A stretch of 64,000 nt of DNA, taken from assembly GCA_039586795.1 (NCBI GenBank), contig JBDHJS010000017.1, forward strand, positions 1 to 64,000. Reading direction: 5' to 3'. A program made the translations under genes and the position numbers. The stretch comes from Gemmatimonadota bacterium. Lineage in GTDB: Bacteria; Gemmatimonadota; Gemmatimonadetes; Palauibacterales; KS3-K002. Each line of letters opens with the position of its first letter. The stretch's first letter is position 1. The notes beneath the pieces are model-generated. The model saw nothing but the letters and a program-made list of their open reading frames with translations. It was not told where the DNA came from and searched no databases. This document shows, in pieces, positions 17,908 through 28,120 of this stretch.

Positions 17908-18477
17908 ATGAGCAACAGCGAGTTTCCAAAAGACTGGCGTAAGAAGTGGCCTTGGCCAGAGTGGCTGGCTGACGGCGGTCTTCCTGAGGAGCAGTTGATG
18001 GCGCTTCAGGAGGAAGCCGAGAAGACGGCCAACGAGTCGTGGATTTCCGGGGGACCGCAGGTTGTGCCCGCGGTGCCGCGGCGGCGCTACATCTATCGGG
18101 CGACCCAGATGACCCGAGTGGCGCCGAACTCGTACCGCTGCCGGGTCACGATCTTCTCAGCCAACGGTGAATTCACGGGTCAATCCGAGGGTCCCGAGTT
18201 TCCGGGAGCGCGGGCGGAGGTCGCCGCGCGTGCAACCCTGGACGCGCTGAACCGGGCCGAGCACGGCAGCGTGACCCTGGGGCTGAAGGGCGCCCGGGTA
18301 CTGCGCCTGTTCGAGAGTCCGATCGTTGTGGTCGGCGTCTACGGAATGACCACGGGGACGACACCGCTGGTGGGCGTCTGCCTGCTTGACACGTCGGTGG
18401 AGCAGGCGGCGACCCTGGCCACGCTCCAAGCCGCCGACCGCTGGCTGGCCTGGGAAGCGAAGAAGCGCACGACCTAG
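17908..18477 (+). CDS. Hypothetical protein; C-terminal domain paralogous to 1041..1781
   Basis: CRVTI...FTGQSEG...AARATLDALNRAE...AATLATLQAADRWL aligns with the C-domain of 1041..1781. Confidence 0.8.
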   Translation: MSNSEFPKDWRKKWPWPEWLADGGLPEEQLMALQEEAEKTANESWISGGPQVVPAVPRRRYIYRATQMTRVAPNSYRCRVTIFSANGEFTGQSEGPEFPGARAEVAARATLDALNRAEHGSVTLGLKGARVLRLFESPIVVVGVYGMTTGTTPLVGVCLLDTSVEQAATLATLQAADRWLAWEAKKRTT

Positions 18478-18501
18478 AGACGCTCTCGCCCGACCGCTGA
18501 T

Positions 18502-19605
18502 CTAAGCTGGGAAGACGTGTAACGCGGTTGCCTTGACCTGCGCTTCGACGGGCGAGCCCACATTAAGATTTAGCTCTTCCTGCGCGTTCCGCGTGATGAC
18601 CACCTCCAGGCTCAGCCCATCGGTTTCCAACCGCAAACGCAGCAGACCTCCAAGCGGATGAAGGCGCGTGATCTTCATCGCGAAGCGATTTCGCGCGCTA
18701 GTGGGCGACGATTGCGGTGGACTCAGCAGGACGTCCTCTGGCCGGTAGGCGACGCGCACCGGCGTGCCGACGTCCACCAGCCCGGCCGCCAACAACGCCT
18801 CGCCGGAGTCCAAACGAACGAGTAGCGTCCCCTCCTCCAGCTCTTCGACGACGCCATCGAGCATGAACTCGGCGCCGGTGAACGATGCGACGAACTGGGT
18901 GGCGGGCGCCTCGAACACATCGGCTGGAGGCCCGGTTTGCACGATTCGTCCGCCTTCGATCACGGCGACACGATCCGCCAGAGCGAACGCTTCACCCGGA
19001 TCGTGGGTGATCAGCACGATGGCGGGCGCGGAATGACGTACGATACGTTCGAGGTCAGCGAGCAGGCTTCGGCGAACCGTGATGTCGAGGTCGGCAGTGG
19101 GTTCATCAAGGAACAGTATCTCCGGCTTGACCGCCAGCGCCCTGGCGAGCGCGACGCGTTGCGCTTCACCGCCGGACAACGAATCGACGGGCGCATCGGC
19201 CAGATCAGCGATACCGAGCGTCAGCAGCGCTTCACGAACACGTTCGCGCCTGTCCGGCGCCGGCAGCCGCCGTGTCTTCAGTCCGAACTCGATGTTTTGA
19301 GTGACGGTACCGCGCCACAGGTATGGGTGCTGAAGCACCGCCACGGCTGCACGCCGAAGCCCCGGATCATCTCGAGCCACCTCTCGATCGTGAAAGAACA
19401 CACGACCCTCATCGGGTGTTTCGAGTGCGGCAAGTAACCTCATCAATGTCGATTTCCCCGCCCCGTTGGGTCCGAGGATCGCCAGCACTTCGCCGGCGAG
19501 CACTTCGATCGCCTCCACGTCGACGACACGTCGCCCGTCGTAGTCGCGTACCAAACCTTCCGCACGTAACAGAACACCGTTCACCGCACCGGCCCGGTCG
19601 TTCAT
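18502..19605 (-). CDS. tupC: Tungstate/molybdate ABC transporter ATP-binding protein with TOBE domains
   Basis: GPNGAGKST, LSGGEAQR, FLDEPT, C-terminal TSARN...VKATAL. Confidence 0.85.
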   Translation of the reverse strand: MNDRAGAVNGVLLRAEGLVRDYDGRRVVDVEAIEVLAGEVLAILGPNGAGKSTLMRLLAALETPDEGRVFFHDREVARDDPGLRRAAVAVLQHPYLWRGTVTQNIEFGLKTRRLPAPDRRERVREALLTLGIADLADAPVDSLSGGEAQRVALARALAVKPEILFLDEPTADLDITVRRSLLADLERIVRHSAPAIVLITHDPGEAFALADRVAVIEGGRIVQTGPPADVFEAPATQFVASFTGAEFMLDGVVEELEEGTLLVRLDSGEALLAAGLVDVGTPVRVAYRPEDVLLSPPQSSPTSARNRFAMKITRLHPLGGLLRLRLETDGLSLEVVITRNAQEELNLNVGSPVEAQVKATALHVFPA

Positions 19606-20321
19606 CAGCTGGTCAACGGGCGGCGCCGGCGCGGCTGCGCCTGCTGGACGTGAGTGATGAAGGCGTTCGCGGCGAAGGCGATGGCCAACAAGATCAACCC
19701 GAGGGCCATGGCAGTGGCAAAGCGTCCGCGTCGGGTTTCCAGTACGATCGCGGTCGTGATCACCCGCGTTTCGCCGTGTACGTTTCCGCCGACCATCATC
19801 ACGGCACCTACCTCAGAGATGACAGCCCCGAATCCGGCAGCCACCGCAGCCATCAGAGAGAGCCGCGCCTCGCGCAGGTGCAGAAGTAGCGCAGCCCAGC
19901 GACTGGCGCCCAGGGCCCTGGCCTGCAAACGCAACTCCGGCGGCACCGACTGGACGGCGGCCAGCGTGATGGCGGCGACATAGGGCGCGGCCAGAACGAA
20001 CTGAGCGGTGATCATCGCGCTTGGCGTATAGAGCCACTGCAACTCACCAAGGGGCCCCTGGCGTGAAAGCATGATGTAGACGAAGAGACCAACGACCACG
20101 GGAGGCAAAGCCAGGCCCGTATTCACAAACGCTACAGCGACGCCGCGGCCGGGAAACCGTGCAAGGCCGAGCCATGTACCCAATGGGATGCCGATGATCA
20201 GGCCGAGGAGAACAGCCATGCCGGAGACCTGGAGCGAACGAGCGATGATGCCCCAGAGGTAGGCGTCGCCGGTCAGCAGCAGATTGAGAGCTTGTTTGAT
20301 GGCGTCCGCGAATACGTCCAT
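19605..20321 (-). CDS. tupB: Tungstate ABC transporter permease
   Basis: LPPVVVGL, GFGAVISEVGAVMMVGGN...TRVITTAIVLETRRG. Confidence 0.88.
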   Translation of the reverse strand: MDVFADAIKQALNLLLTGDAYLWGIIARSLQVSGMAVLLGLIIGIPLGTWLGLARFPGRGVAVAFVNTGLALPPVVVGLFVYIMLSRQGPLGELQWLYTPSAMITAQFVLAAPYVAAITLAAVQSVPPELRLQARALGASRWAALLLHLREARLSLMAAVAAGFGAVISEVGAVMMVGGNVHGETRVITTAIVLETRRGRFATAMALGLILLAIAFAANAFITHVQQAQPRRRRPLTS

Positions 20322-20361
20322 TGGGATAGTTTCGGCGCCAGCGCCTCAGAGCGCCAGTACG

Positions 20362-21183
20362 TCAGCGTGACGGTGAGTTCGCGTTAGGCGTGAAGAGTGC
20401 CATGCCAAACCGATCAACGCCGAACTCGCCGATCAACTCCTGGGCTTCCGCCGAGACAATCCAATCGGCAAAGATACGAGCACCCTCGGACTCCGACGCG
20501 TCGCTGACGATCATGACGGAGTACTGGTTGGTCAACGCCGAATCACCCTCGATCAAGACAGAGAGATCCAGTCGATCGCGCAGACTGAGGTAGGTTCCTC
20601 GGTCCGCGAGTGTGTAGGCGCCCTTTTCGCTTGCCATCATCAACACGGCGCCCATACCCAGTCCCGCTTCCACGTACCATACGCCAATCGGCTCGAGCTG
20701 CGCCGCCGTCCATAGGCGTCGCTCCCGGGCGTGTGTCCCCGACTCATCGCCGCGCGAGATGAAAGACGCCTCCTTGCGGGCGATGCAAGCGAGCGCATCG
20801 GCGGCACCAAGGTCAGCACACCCTCGTGCCGGCCCATCAGCCGGCCCGACGATCACGAAGTCGTTGTACATCACACGGCGGCGCGACTCACCGTGTCCGT
20901 TTCGCATGAACTGCTCTTCCGCCTCGGGAGAGTGGGCCAAGACGATATCGGCGTCTCCCCGCGCGGCCAGGCGCAGCGCCTCGCCCGAACCCACTGCGAT
21001 GACACGAACGCGGAACTCCGAGTGCGCTGCCGTAAACGCGGGAAGCAGATAAGCGAACAGGCCTGAGTCTTCGGTGGACGTTGTGGATGACAAGACGATC
21101 TCTCGTGGCTCGTAGCCGCAGGAGACGTAGAAAAGGCCCAGCGTGAATGCCAGGCCGAGAAATCTGAGGATGCGTTGTCGCAT
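20362..21183 (-). CDS. tupA: Tungstate ABC transporter substrate-binding lipoprotein
   Basis: STTSTEDSGL, AVGSGEAL, MYNDFVIVGP, FISRGDESGTH, YTLADRGT. Confidence 0.88.
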   Translation of the reverse strand: MRQRILRFLGLAFTLGLFYVSCGYEPREIVLSSTTSTEDSGLFAYLLPAFTAAHSEFRVRVIAVGSGEALRLAARGDADIVLAHSPEAEEQFMRNGHGESRRRVMYNDFVIVGPADGPARGCADLGAADALACIARKEASFISRGDESGTHARERRLWTAAQLEPIGVWYVEAGLGMGAVLMMASEKGAYTLADRGTYLSLRDRLDLSVLIEGDSALTNQYSVMIVSDASESEGARIFADWIVSAEAQELIGEFGVDRFGMALFTPNANSPSR

Positions 21184-21203
21184 AGACTGATGATCGCCTC
21201 TTG

Positions 21204-21707
21204 CTACCCTTCCTCCTCACCGCCCACACGCTGATTGCGGATCTCGAGATACGGATAATCATCTCTATACTTTGCCGCAATACGCAGGCGCACCTGCCCC
21301 CCGCGACTCGCCGGTAGCGAAATGATGCAGCCGTTGTAGCTCGATGCGAAGATGAGATGCCAGTCGGTCTCCAGGTCTACGGCCTCGAGGAATGCCTTTA
21401 GTTCGGCCGTATTGTGGGCGCTCATCCTGTCTTCGAGCCCTGAATCCTGGTCACTTTCGGCGTCGTCCGGGGAGCTCGCGTGCTGAAGCTCGAGGTATGG
21501 GGTTCCATCGCTGAACTTGGCGGCGACGTAGAGTTGGGTATCCCCGCCCTGCTTGGCCGGTAATGTGACTATGCAGGCGCTGTAGCTGGATGAGAAGATG
21601 AGCTGCCAATCACCCCCGAGCTGAGAACCCTCGAAGAAGTTCTTGAGCTCGGCCGTGTTGTGAGAACTCATCTTGCTGATCAGCGTCGTCTGCTTATCGT
21701 CGGCCAA
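21204..21707 (-). CDS. Hypothetical protein made of two tandem 64-aa repeats
   Basis: GGAGG 8 nt upstream of TTG 21707. Repeats start MSSHNTAELK (21671) and MSAHNTAELK (21425). Confidence 0.8.
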   Translation of the reverse strand: MADDKQTTLISKMSSHNTAELKNFFEGSQLGGDWQLIFSSSYSACIVTLPAKQGGDTQLYVAAKFSDGTPYLELQHASSPDDAESDQDSGLEDRMSAHNTAELKAFLEAVDLETDWHLIFASSYNGCIISLPASRGGQVRLRIAAKYRDDYPYLEIRNQRVGGEEEG

Positions 21708-21811
21708 GTAAGGTGCCTCCAGGTGTGAGGTGAGAGGATCGACTAACGCTAGCGCCACGAAGGCAGGCTGCAAAAAGCTAATGAGGGTAGGCGGAGGCTA
21801 CAAGGCCTGTT

Positions 21812-23314
21812 TCAGTCTTCGCTGCGTTCCTGGTGAGAATGTTCTTCACCGTCGAAGGTCATCACGATCGGTCGATCGTCATCGTAGGTCTCGAGATGGA
21901 TGGGCCGCTTCCAGATCCGAAAGAGGTTTTCCATTACTTCCTGCGCGTAATCCAGCCGAATCGGAACCCCCTCGTAGCGATGCCAGAGGACCAGTTCGCC
22001 CCGGTTCAGGAAGTTCCCGTCGCGTACGAAGACGAAAGGCTGGCCGAAGTTCGTGAGCTGAAAAAGCAGTGCCTTCTTGATCTCGTCGAACGAGCGGGTC
22101 GATATCTGGTATTGGTTGGTCGACTCGTTGTAATCGTAGACGAACAACTTGTGCTTGTGACAGAACTCGGGCGTTAGAAACTCGTCGATGAAAGTGACGT
22201 CGTTGTAGAATCCGCGGACCTGGAAGATCTTCTCACGCCCCTCTCCGGCGCCTGTGTCCCAGCTCTTACGCGCGTCGTAGTCGTCGCAGGATTCCCAATC
22301 CAAGCCGTGGCGACCTTTGTTCCAGCGCTCTTCGATGTCCCTGAACAGCTCGATACCCAGCTTGTACGGATTCAACCGGCCGGGCTGTGTGGCCACGGTC
22401 CCGCTGTGGTGATCGGCGTAGTCGATGAGCTCCGAGTCGTGAAGCGCCTTCTCCGTCATGATCGTCGAGTGCCAGTAGCTCGCCCAGCCCTCATTCATGA
22501 TCTTGGTGCGACCTTGCGGTGCGAAGTAGTAGGCCTCCTCGCGAACGATCCCCAGGACCGTGCGTTGCCAATTGGGGATTGGAGCGTGCTCGAGCAAGAA
22601 CGCCAGAATGTCCTTCTCGGGCTTGACCGGGAAATGTTCTTCCTGTTTTTGCTCCTCCTTCAGTCGTTCGGCTTCGGCTTCTAAGACGTCTTCCGGGTTG
22701 ATGTACTCGTCCATGTACTCCTTGGCGGCGAGACGCCTGGGCTGGACCTTGCGCGAAGGGTGCTCCGGGTCCTCGTACCGCGCGTCTTCGCGGCGGCGGC
22801 GCTTGATGTACGGTGCGTTGTAGTCGATCAGATTATCTATGGAGTGGCAGATGTCGAGAAAACTCTCCACTTCGTCTTCGCCATAAACCTCCATGTAGCG
22901 GCGGATGCGCGTGGCGTGATTCGCCATCTCATCCACCATCTTTCGGTTGGTGTGGGCGAAGGAATAGTTGTTCTTGAAGAAGTCGCAGTGCCCGTATACG
23001 TGGGCCATGACCAACTTCTGGTCGACTAGCGGATTCGCGGCCAGCAGGTAGGCATAACACGGGTCGTTGTTAATGACCATCTCATAGATCTTCTGCAACC
23101 CGTACGAGTAGCCCTTTGACAGAGCGTAGTATTCCATCCCGAAGCGCCAGTAAGGATAGCGCATCGGGTAGCCGCCATAAGCGGCCACTTCATTGATCTC
23201 TTCCCAGTCGAGGACCTCGAAGACCACATCGAAAAAATCGAGACTGTATCCGTGAGCGTAGCCTTCGATCTCTCCCTGTAGTTCTCGAAGCTCCCGCGAT
23301 AATCTCTGAGGCAT
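21812..23314 (-). CDS. spoVR: SpoVR family protein
   Basis: IYEMVINNDPCYAYL, AHVYGHCDFFKNN, TKIMNEGWASYWH, LNPYKLG. Confidence 0.93.
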   Translation of the reverse strand: MPQRLSRELRELQGEIEGYAHGYSLDFFDVVFEVLDWEEINEVAAYGGYPMRYPYWRFGMEYYALSKGYSYGLQKIYEMVINNDPCYAYLLAANPLVDQKLVMAHVYGHCDFFKNNYSFAHTNRKMVDEMANHATRIRRYMEVYGEDEVESFLDICHSIDNLIDYNAPYIKRRRREDARYEDPEHPSRKVQPRRLAAKEYMDEYINPEDVLEAEAERLKEEQKQEEHFPVKPEKDILAFLLEHAPIPNWQRTVLGIVREEAYYFAPQGRTKIMNEGWASYWHSTIMTEKALHDSELIDYADHHSGTVATQPGRLNPYKLGIELFRDIEERWNKGRHGLDWESCDDYDARKSWDTGAGEGREKIFQVRGFYNDVTFIDEFLTPEFCHKHKLFVYDYNESTNQYQISTRSFDEIKKALLFQLTNFGQPFVFVRDGNFLNRGELVLWHRYEGVPIRLDYAQEVMENLFRIWKRPIHLETYDDDRPIVMTFDGEEHSHQERSED

Positions 23315-23324
23315 GTGCGTGTGC

Positions 23325-24455
23325 CTACTTGCCTTTGCCGAGGAAGTCCTTGATCGAGTCTAGAATCGCGTCTCGATCCGGGATTTGCGATAGGACCAGC
23401 TTCTCGTCTTCCACGTTCTCGCTTAGCGATTCGTAGAATTGGCCTGAACCGTACCGGCTCTCGACCTGACCGTAGCCGAAGAGATTCACTGGAGGCAGCA
23501 GGCGTTCCTTAAGCAACTCGTAGCAACGCTCGTCGTCGCCTCCACCCCAATTGTCTCCGTCCGAGAAATGGAAGCAGTAGATGTTCCACTCGTCGGGATC
23601 GTATTCGGCCGCGATGATCTTCGCCGCCAGCTCGAACGCGCTTGAGATGCGCGTGCCGCCCGACTCACGTGTCGTGTAGAATGTCTCTCGGTCGACCTCG
23701 GCCGCGGCGGCATCGTGAACGACGTAGCGATTAGCGATGCCGTGGTAGTGTGCCCGAATCCAAGTATCGATCCAGAAAGATTCGATGCGAACGATCTCCT
23801 TCTGTTCGTTCCCCATCGAGCCCGATACGTCCATCATGTAGATGATTACGGCATTGGCGACGGGCTCGGGTTCCTCCTTCCACGAGCGGTAGCGGTAGTC
23901 ATCGCGGACCGGCATAACCATGGGGGCACGGTGATCGTAGGAGCCGGAGGCGATTTGTCGCTTCAGCGCCTGCCGGTAGGTGCGCTTGAACGATCGCAGA
24001 CTCTCGGGGCCGGTGCTGCGAACCGTCTTGTAGCGGCTCCGGCGACTCTTGATCGTGCGGCTCCCACGAGGCTCGATACGCGGCAATTCCAGCTCTTCGC
24101 CTAGCAACTCGGCCAGCTCCTGGATCGAGACTTCGACCTCCCGGATGTGAACGCCCGGCTGGTCACCCGCGGAGCCAGCGCCGCTCTGGTCGCCCTGGCC
24201 GAGGGGCGCGCCATCTTCGCCCTCGCCCTGTCCGACGCCGGACATCTGCTTGCGTCCATACTTCAGGTGCGGCAGCTCGATCTGCGGCAATGGGATCGAC
24301 ACCACCTCGCGCCCGCGCTTGCCGATCAGCTCGCCGCGGGTGATGTGTTTCCGGAGGTCCTTCTTGATGCGACCCCGGATGATGGCGTCGAACCGCTTCT
24401 TGTCCCGCTCGATTCGCTTGATGGACGAGAAGCCGCTGAAGATCTCTCTGGTCAC
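23325..24455 (-). CDS. DUF444 (YeaH/YhbH-like) vWA-domain protein
   Basis: [41 protein letters not shown]; lies between prkA and spoVR. Confidence 0.92.
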   Translation of the reverse strand: MTREIFSGFSSIKRIERDKKRFDAIIRGRIKKDLRKHITRGELIGKRGREVVSIPLPQIELPHLKYGRKQMSGVGQGEGEDGAPLGQGDQSGAGSAGDQPGVHIREVEVSIQELAELLGEELELPRIEPRGSRTIKSRRSRYKTVRSTGPESLRSFKRTYRQALKRQIASGSYDHRAPMVMPVRDDYRYRSWKEEPEPVANAVIIYMMDVSGSMGNEQKEIVRIESFWIDTWIRAHYHGIANRYVVHDAAAAEVDRETFYTTRESGGTRISSAFELAAKIIAAEYDPDEWNIYCFHFSDGDNWGGGDDERCYELLKERLLPPVNLFGYGQVESRYGSGQFYESLSENVEDEKLVLSQIPDRDAILDSIKDFLGKGK

Positions 24456-26572
24456 TCTTCTTGCTCTTTCACGTCCCCGCGCGCGAAGATGCTCGCCACG
24501 AAGTTGAGGACGTCCGTAGCGCAGATGTCGCAGTACCCGTGATCCCGAATCAGGCGACCTTTAACGACGTCGATCTTCTCCTGCGATTCCTTATCCATGA
24601 CCGAGGACACCAAGCTGGTGAGCTTGATGGAGTCTTTTTGATCCTCGAACAGCTTGAGCTCGAGCGCTTTCTGTAGCCGGGAGTTAGTCGTGTAATCGAA
24701 CGTCTTGCCCTCGACCGCCAGCGCGCCGATGTAATTCATGATCTCGGCGCGGAAGTCGTCCTTGCGGCCTTCCGGTATTTCGATCTTCTCCTCTATCGAC
24801 CGCATCAAACGCTCGTCCGGGTCCTCGTATTCGCCGGTGTATTTGTTCTTGACTTTTTCCTTCTGTGTGTACGCCTTGACGTTGTCGATGTAGTTGGAGC
24901 ACAGCCGGGAGATCGCTTCTTTGTCCGCACTGATGGCACGTTGGACCTCGTTCTTAACGATGTCTTCATACTCTTCACGCACGGTGGTCAGTAGCTCGCG
25001 GTAGAACTCGCGCTGCTCCTCGCTGGTGATCAGCGAGTGGTGTTTGAGTCCGGACTCGAGCTCTTTCATCACCATGAACGGGTTGACGCAACCCTCCTCG
25101 ATATCGGCGACAAGGCAGTTCGAGATCTTGTCCTGGATGTAGCGCGGCGAGATGCCCTGCATACCCTCACGCTCGGTCTCTTTGCGAAGCTCCTTGACGT
25201 TATCCTCCGTGAAGCCGGGGAGCGTCTTGCCGTTGTACAGCTTCAGCTTCTGCAAACGTGTGAGGTTCACCTTCTTCGGTTCCTCGAGCCGCGTGAGCAC
25301 GCTCCACATGGCTGCCATCTCGATGGTATGCGGAGCCATGTGCTTGCCGCGCACGCGCTTGTTGCTGAAATCGCGCTCATAGACATCGATCTCCGCGTCG
25401 AGCTGTGTCACGTACGGAATATCGATCTTGACCGTTCGATCCCTGAGCGCCTCCATGAACTCGTTGTTTTGGAGACGGCGGTACTCGGGTTCGTTTGTGT
25501 GGGCGATGATCGCTTCATCGATGTCTGTCTGCGCGAACTTCTTCGGCTTGATCTTGTGCTCCTGCGAAGCGCCGAGTAGGTCGTACAGAAAGGCAACATC
25601 CAGCTTCAGGACCTCGATGAACTCTATCAGACCGCGGTTCGCGATGTTGAACTCACCGTCGAAGTTGAAAGCGCGCGGATCGGAGTCGGAACCGTAGATG
25701 GCGATCTTGCGGTAGTTGATGTCGCCAGTGAGTTCTGTCGAGTCCTGGTTCTTCTCATCCTTCGGCTGGAAAGTGCCGATCCCCACCCTGTCCTGCTCCG
25801 TGAGCAGCAGCCGCTTTACGCGCACATTCTCGATCACCTTTGTCCAGTCGCCTTCGTACCGATCCATGTAGTGGTTGAACATGAACCGACACGCGGGACA
25901 CAGATCGCCTTCCACGCTAATCTGGAGGTAGTCCTCCAAGCTCTTGTTGATGTGATCGAGGTACACCTGTCTGAAGTTCACCGGGATGAGGTGGAGCGGC
26001 TCCTCGTGCATCGGGCAAGGCATGCCTTCTTCCTGTGCGCGTATCGCCGCCTCGGCCGAACCGGCAAGCTCGTCGGGCAGCCGCGGTGCGGCAGCACCTT
26101 CACCCACCCACCAGAACGTGTACAGCGCGCCGTCCGCCGTGCGCGAGTAAGCTTCCAGCCCCTTCTTCAACAGTCGCACAATCGTCGACTTGGCGCTGCC
26201 GACGGGGCCATGAAGCAGAATGACGCGCCGCTCCGGTCCATAGCCCATCGCTGCCGCCTTGATGGTTTGGACTAGCTTCATCAAGGAGATATCGAGCCCA
26301 AAGACGGCGTCTTTCCCATTCTCGAACGGGTCCTCGAAGAACTTGTAGTGCGTGATCTTCTTCTTGTACTCCGTATACTCCTCGGTTCCATACGACTCGA
26401 TCATGTCGTACATCCGCTGGAAGGCATTGCGCGCGACCAACGGTTCCTCGTGGAGAAGCTCGAGGTACTCGGAGAACGAGCCGTCCCAGTGGAGATCTTG
26501 ATACCGGCGAGCATCCTGCTTCTCGCGAATCAAGCCAATGATATCCATGCCTTTCTCAGCCATCCCGCTCAT
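24452..26572 (-). CDS. prkA: PrkA/YeaG family AAA+ serine protein kinase
   Basis: [51 protein letters not shown]. Confidence 0.95.
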   Translation of the reverse strand: MSGMAEKGMDIIGLIREKQDARRYQDLHWDGSFSEYLELLHEEPLVARNAFQRMYDMIESYGTEEYTEYKKKITHYKFFEDPFENGKDAVFGLDISLMKLVQTIKAAAMGYGPERRVILLHGPVGSAKSTIVRLLKKGLEAYSRTADGALYTFWWVGEGAAAPRLPDELAGSAEAAIRAQEEGMPCPMHEEPLHLIPVNFRQVYLDHINKSLEDYLQISVEGDLCPACRFMFNHYMDRYEGDWTKVIENVRVKRLLLTEQDRVGIGTFQPKDEKNQDSTELTGDINYRKIAIYGSDSDPRAFNFDGEFNIANRGLIEFIEVLKLDVAFLYDLLGASQEHKIKPKKFAQTDIDEAIIAHTNEPEYRRLQNNEFMEALRDRTVKIDIPYVTQLDAEIDVYERDFSNKRVRGKHMAPHTIEMAAMWSVLTRLEEPKKVNLTRLQKLKLYNGKTLPGFTEDNVKELRKETEREGMQGISPRYIQDKISNCLVADIEEGCVNPFMVMKELESGLKHHSLITSEEQREFYRELLTTVREEYEDIVKNEVQRAISADKEAISRLCSNYIDNVKAYTQKEKVKNKYTGEYEDPDERLMRSIEEKIEIPEGRKDDFRAEIMNYIGALAVEGKTFDYTTNSRLQKALELKLFEDQKDSIKLTSLVSSVMDKESQEKIDVVKGRLIRDHGYCDICATDVLNFVASIFARGDVKEQEE

Positions 26573-26726
26573 CTCCCTTTAGTAAAACCTACTACAATTA
26601 TCTATATATCTGATTTCGCGCTCGACAATCACGAATCGTTCCTGCGATGTCGGCTCTCCCTTTGCTCAGACTGCCCCTTAGTGTCCCCTACACAAGCCTA
26701 ACACCCGAGTTCCGCTTGCGGGAGCC

Positions 26727-27455
26727 TCAATGAGAGTGATAGCCATCGACTGCCTGACGGAGCAGTCGGTCGATGGGCGAAGAGGAGCGCGGGAAGAAGA
26801 AGCGATCTGAAACGTGGTTGAGTGCGCGGCGAACCGCGCGAAAACCGTCCGCTACATCGAGGTAGATCCGCGCCAGGTCGAATTGGTCCGCAATGCCGAA
26901 CCCGCTCGCCATGCGAAAGCCTGTGGCGCCTAAGTCCTCGTAGTAAGCGAAACCGGGTGCACCGTGTCGGTGCACGCGGGCAACAACGTAGTCGGGAAAC
27001 AAACCCGACAGCCACAGCGAGTAGTTACCAAGATGAGCCTGCAAGAGAAACTTCCTGCGCTCAGACTTCTCCTCCTCCATGTGAGTAACCAGATCGATCA
27101 AATAGCGGTACGTAGCGTCATCGTGTCGAGCGATCTGGTGAGGGCGGCCATTAACAGCGAATTCAAGAATCAAAGCTGCAACGTAGTCCGCTATGTTCGG
27201 ATCGTTAAGGCCCGACTCTAACAACGTGTGCCGAACCATCACATAGAAGGTCAGCCTAGGTGATACCGCGCCGACGCTATGATCCTCCATGATGGCGGTA
27301 AGAGTCTCCGGATGGTCGAGTAGTGAATCAAGGCCTTCTTCCGTCAATTGCATTTCCAACGCACGTCGCTTCCGCCCGGTTCTCTTGTGAAGAACGCGGG
27401 CCAGAATACGGATCTCCTCTTTGCCAAACGACGCACGCACATTGGGAATGATCAA
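26727..27455 (-). CDS. Conserved hypothetical protein upstream of prkA
   Basis: 242-aa ORF with AGGAGG upstream of a TTG start; ADYVAAL, HLGNYSLWLSGLFPDY, YYEDLGATGF. Confidence 0.75.
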   Translation of the reverse strand: MIIPNVRASFGKEEIRILARVLHKRTGRKRRALEMQLTEEGLDSLLDHPETLTAIMEDHSVGAVSPRLTFYVMVRHTLLESGLNDPNIADYVAALILEFAVNGRPHQIARHDDATYRYLIDLVTHMEEEKSERRKFLLQAHLGNYSLWLSGLFPDYVVARVHRHGAPGFAYYEDLGATGFRMASGFGIADQFDLARIYLDVADGFRAVRRALNHVSDRFFFPRSSSPIDRLLRQAVDGYHSH

Positions 27456-27739
27456 TTGCCGCCTCCTGCAAGGTTACGGGCGCTACTGTACGCTATCACT
27501 CCGCCTCCATTACCTACCCTATAACAAAGACCCGGGTCCCGCGCGTTCCGCACGATGAGAAGAAGGTGAAGGTTTGTCGACGCAGGAGCGAAAGACCTGA
27601 GATCGAAAGTCTATTGGAAGGTACTGCTAAGCGGGGGACACCCATCCACTATGAAGTACACCGAGCGAAGCGTCAAGGTTCTGTTGTTCAACCCGGTTGA
27701 CAAGGTAAGGATGGCTGTGGGTGCAGGCCACGCTGCGTC

Positions 27740-27838
27740 ACGAGTAACCTCAGCGTAGATCTCTTCCAGGCCCACAGGCTTGAGCCTCAGCGAGCGCAAC
27801 GGGATACCGTGGAAGTAACCGGCGACCTCCTCGAGCTC
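27740..27838 (-). pseudogene. Possible orphan 3' fragment of an ABC transporter ATPase gene
   Basis: LEEVAGYFHGIPLRSLRLKPVGLEEIYAEVTR resembles the C-terminal LE(E/D)xF/Y helix of ABC-2 ATPases. No upstream ATPase motifs. Confidence 0.35.
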
Positions 27839-27839
27839 G

Positions 27840-28088
27840 GTCTTCTTCGGAAAAGAGGTGACGACCGCCGCCGTCCTACGGCACGTCCGGCAGCGTCGCG
27901 AGGAGTTGAAGTCCGAACTGGCTTTGTTCGCTTCTGTCGAGGCCGGGCTGCGCACGGAGCGGAGCTCGTCGCCGGGCTTGCCCTATTGGTTATTAACGAT
28001 CCGCCAGGGGATACTCGTGGACGAAGCGCTACTCGAGTGGTGCGACGATGCTGAGCGCGAGCTGGAGCGGCTCCAGGATGCTCGCTGA
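27840..28088 (+). pseudogene. Truncated PadR-family regulator (C-terminal domain only)
   Basis: VFFGKEV...PYWLLTIRQGI...EALLEWCD matches PadR C-terminal domains. An in-frame TAA lies 8 codons upstream and there is no winged helix. Confidence 0.65.
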
Positions 28089-28120
28089 ACGAGTCGCGCT
28101 ACGATGGGCACCAGATCTGT

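Noticed and set aside
21812..26572. Sporulation locus
   Set aside because: SpoVR/PrkA/DUF444 are widespread in non-sporulating bacteria, and TonB/Wza genes indicate a diderm.
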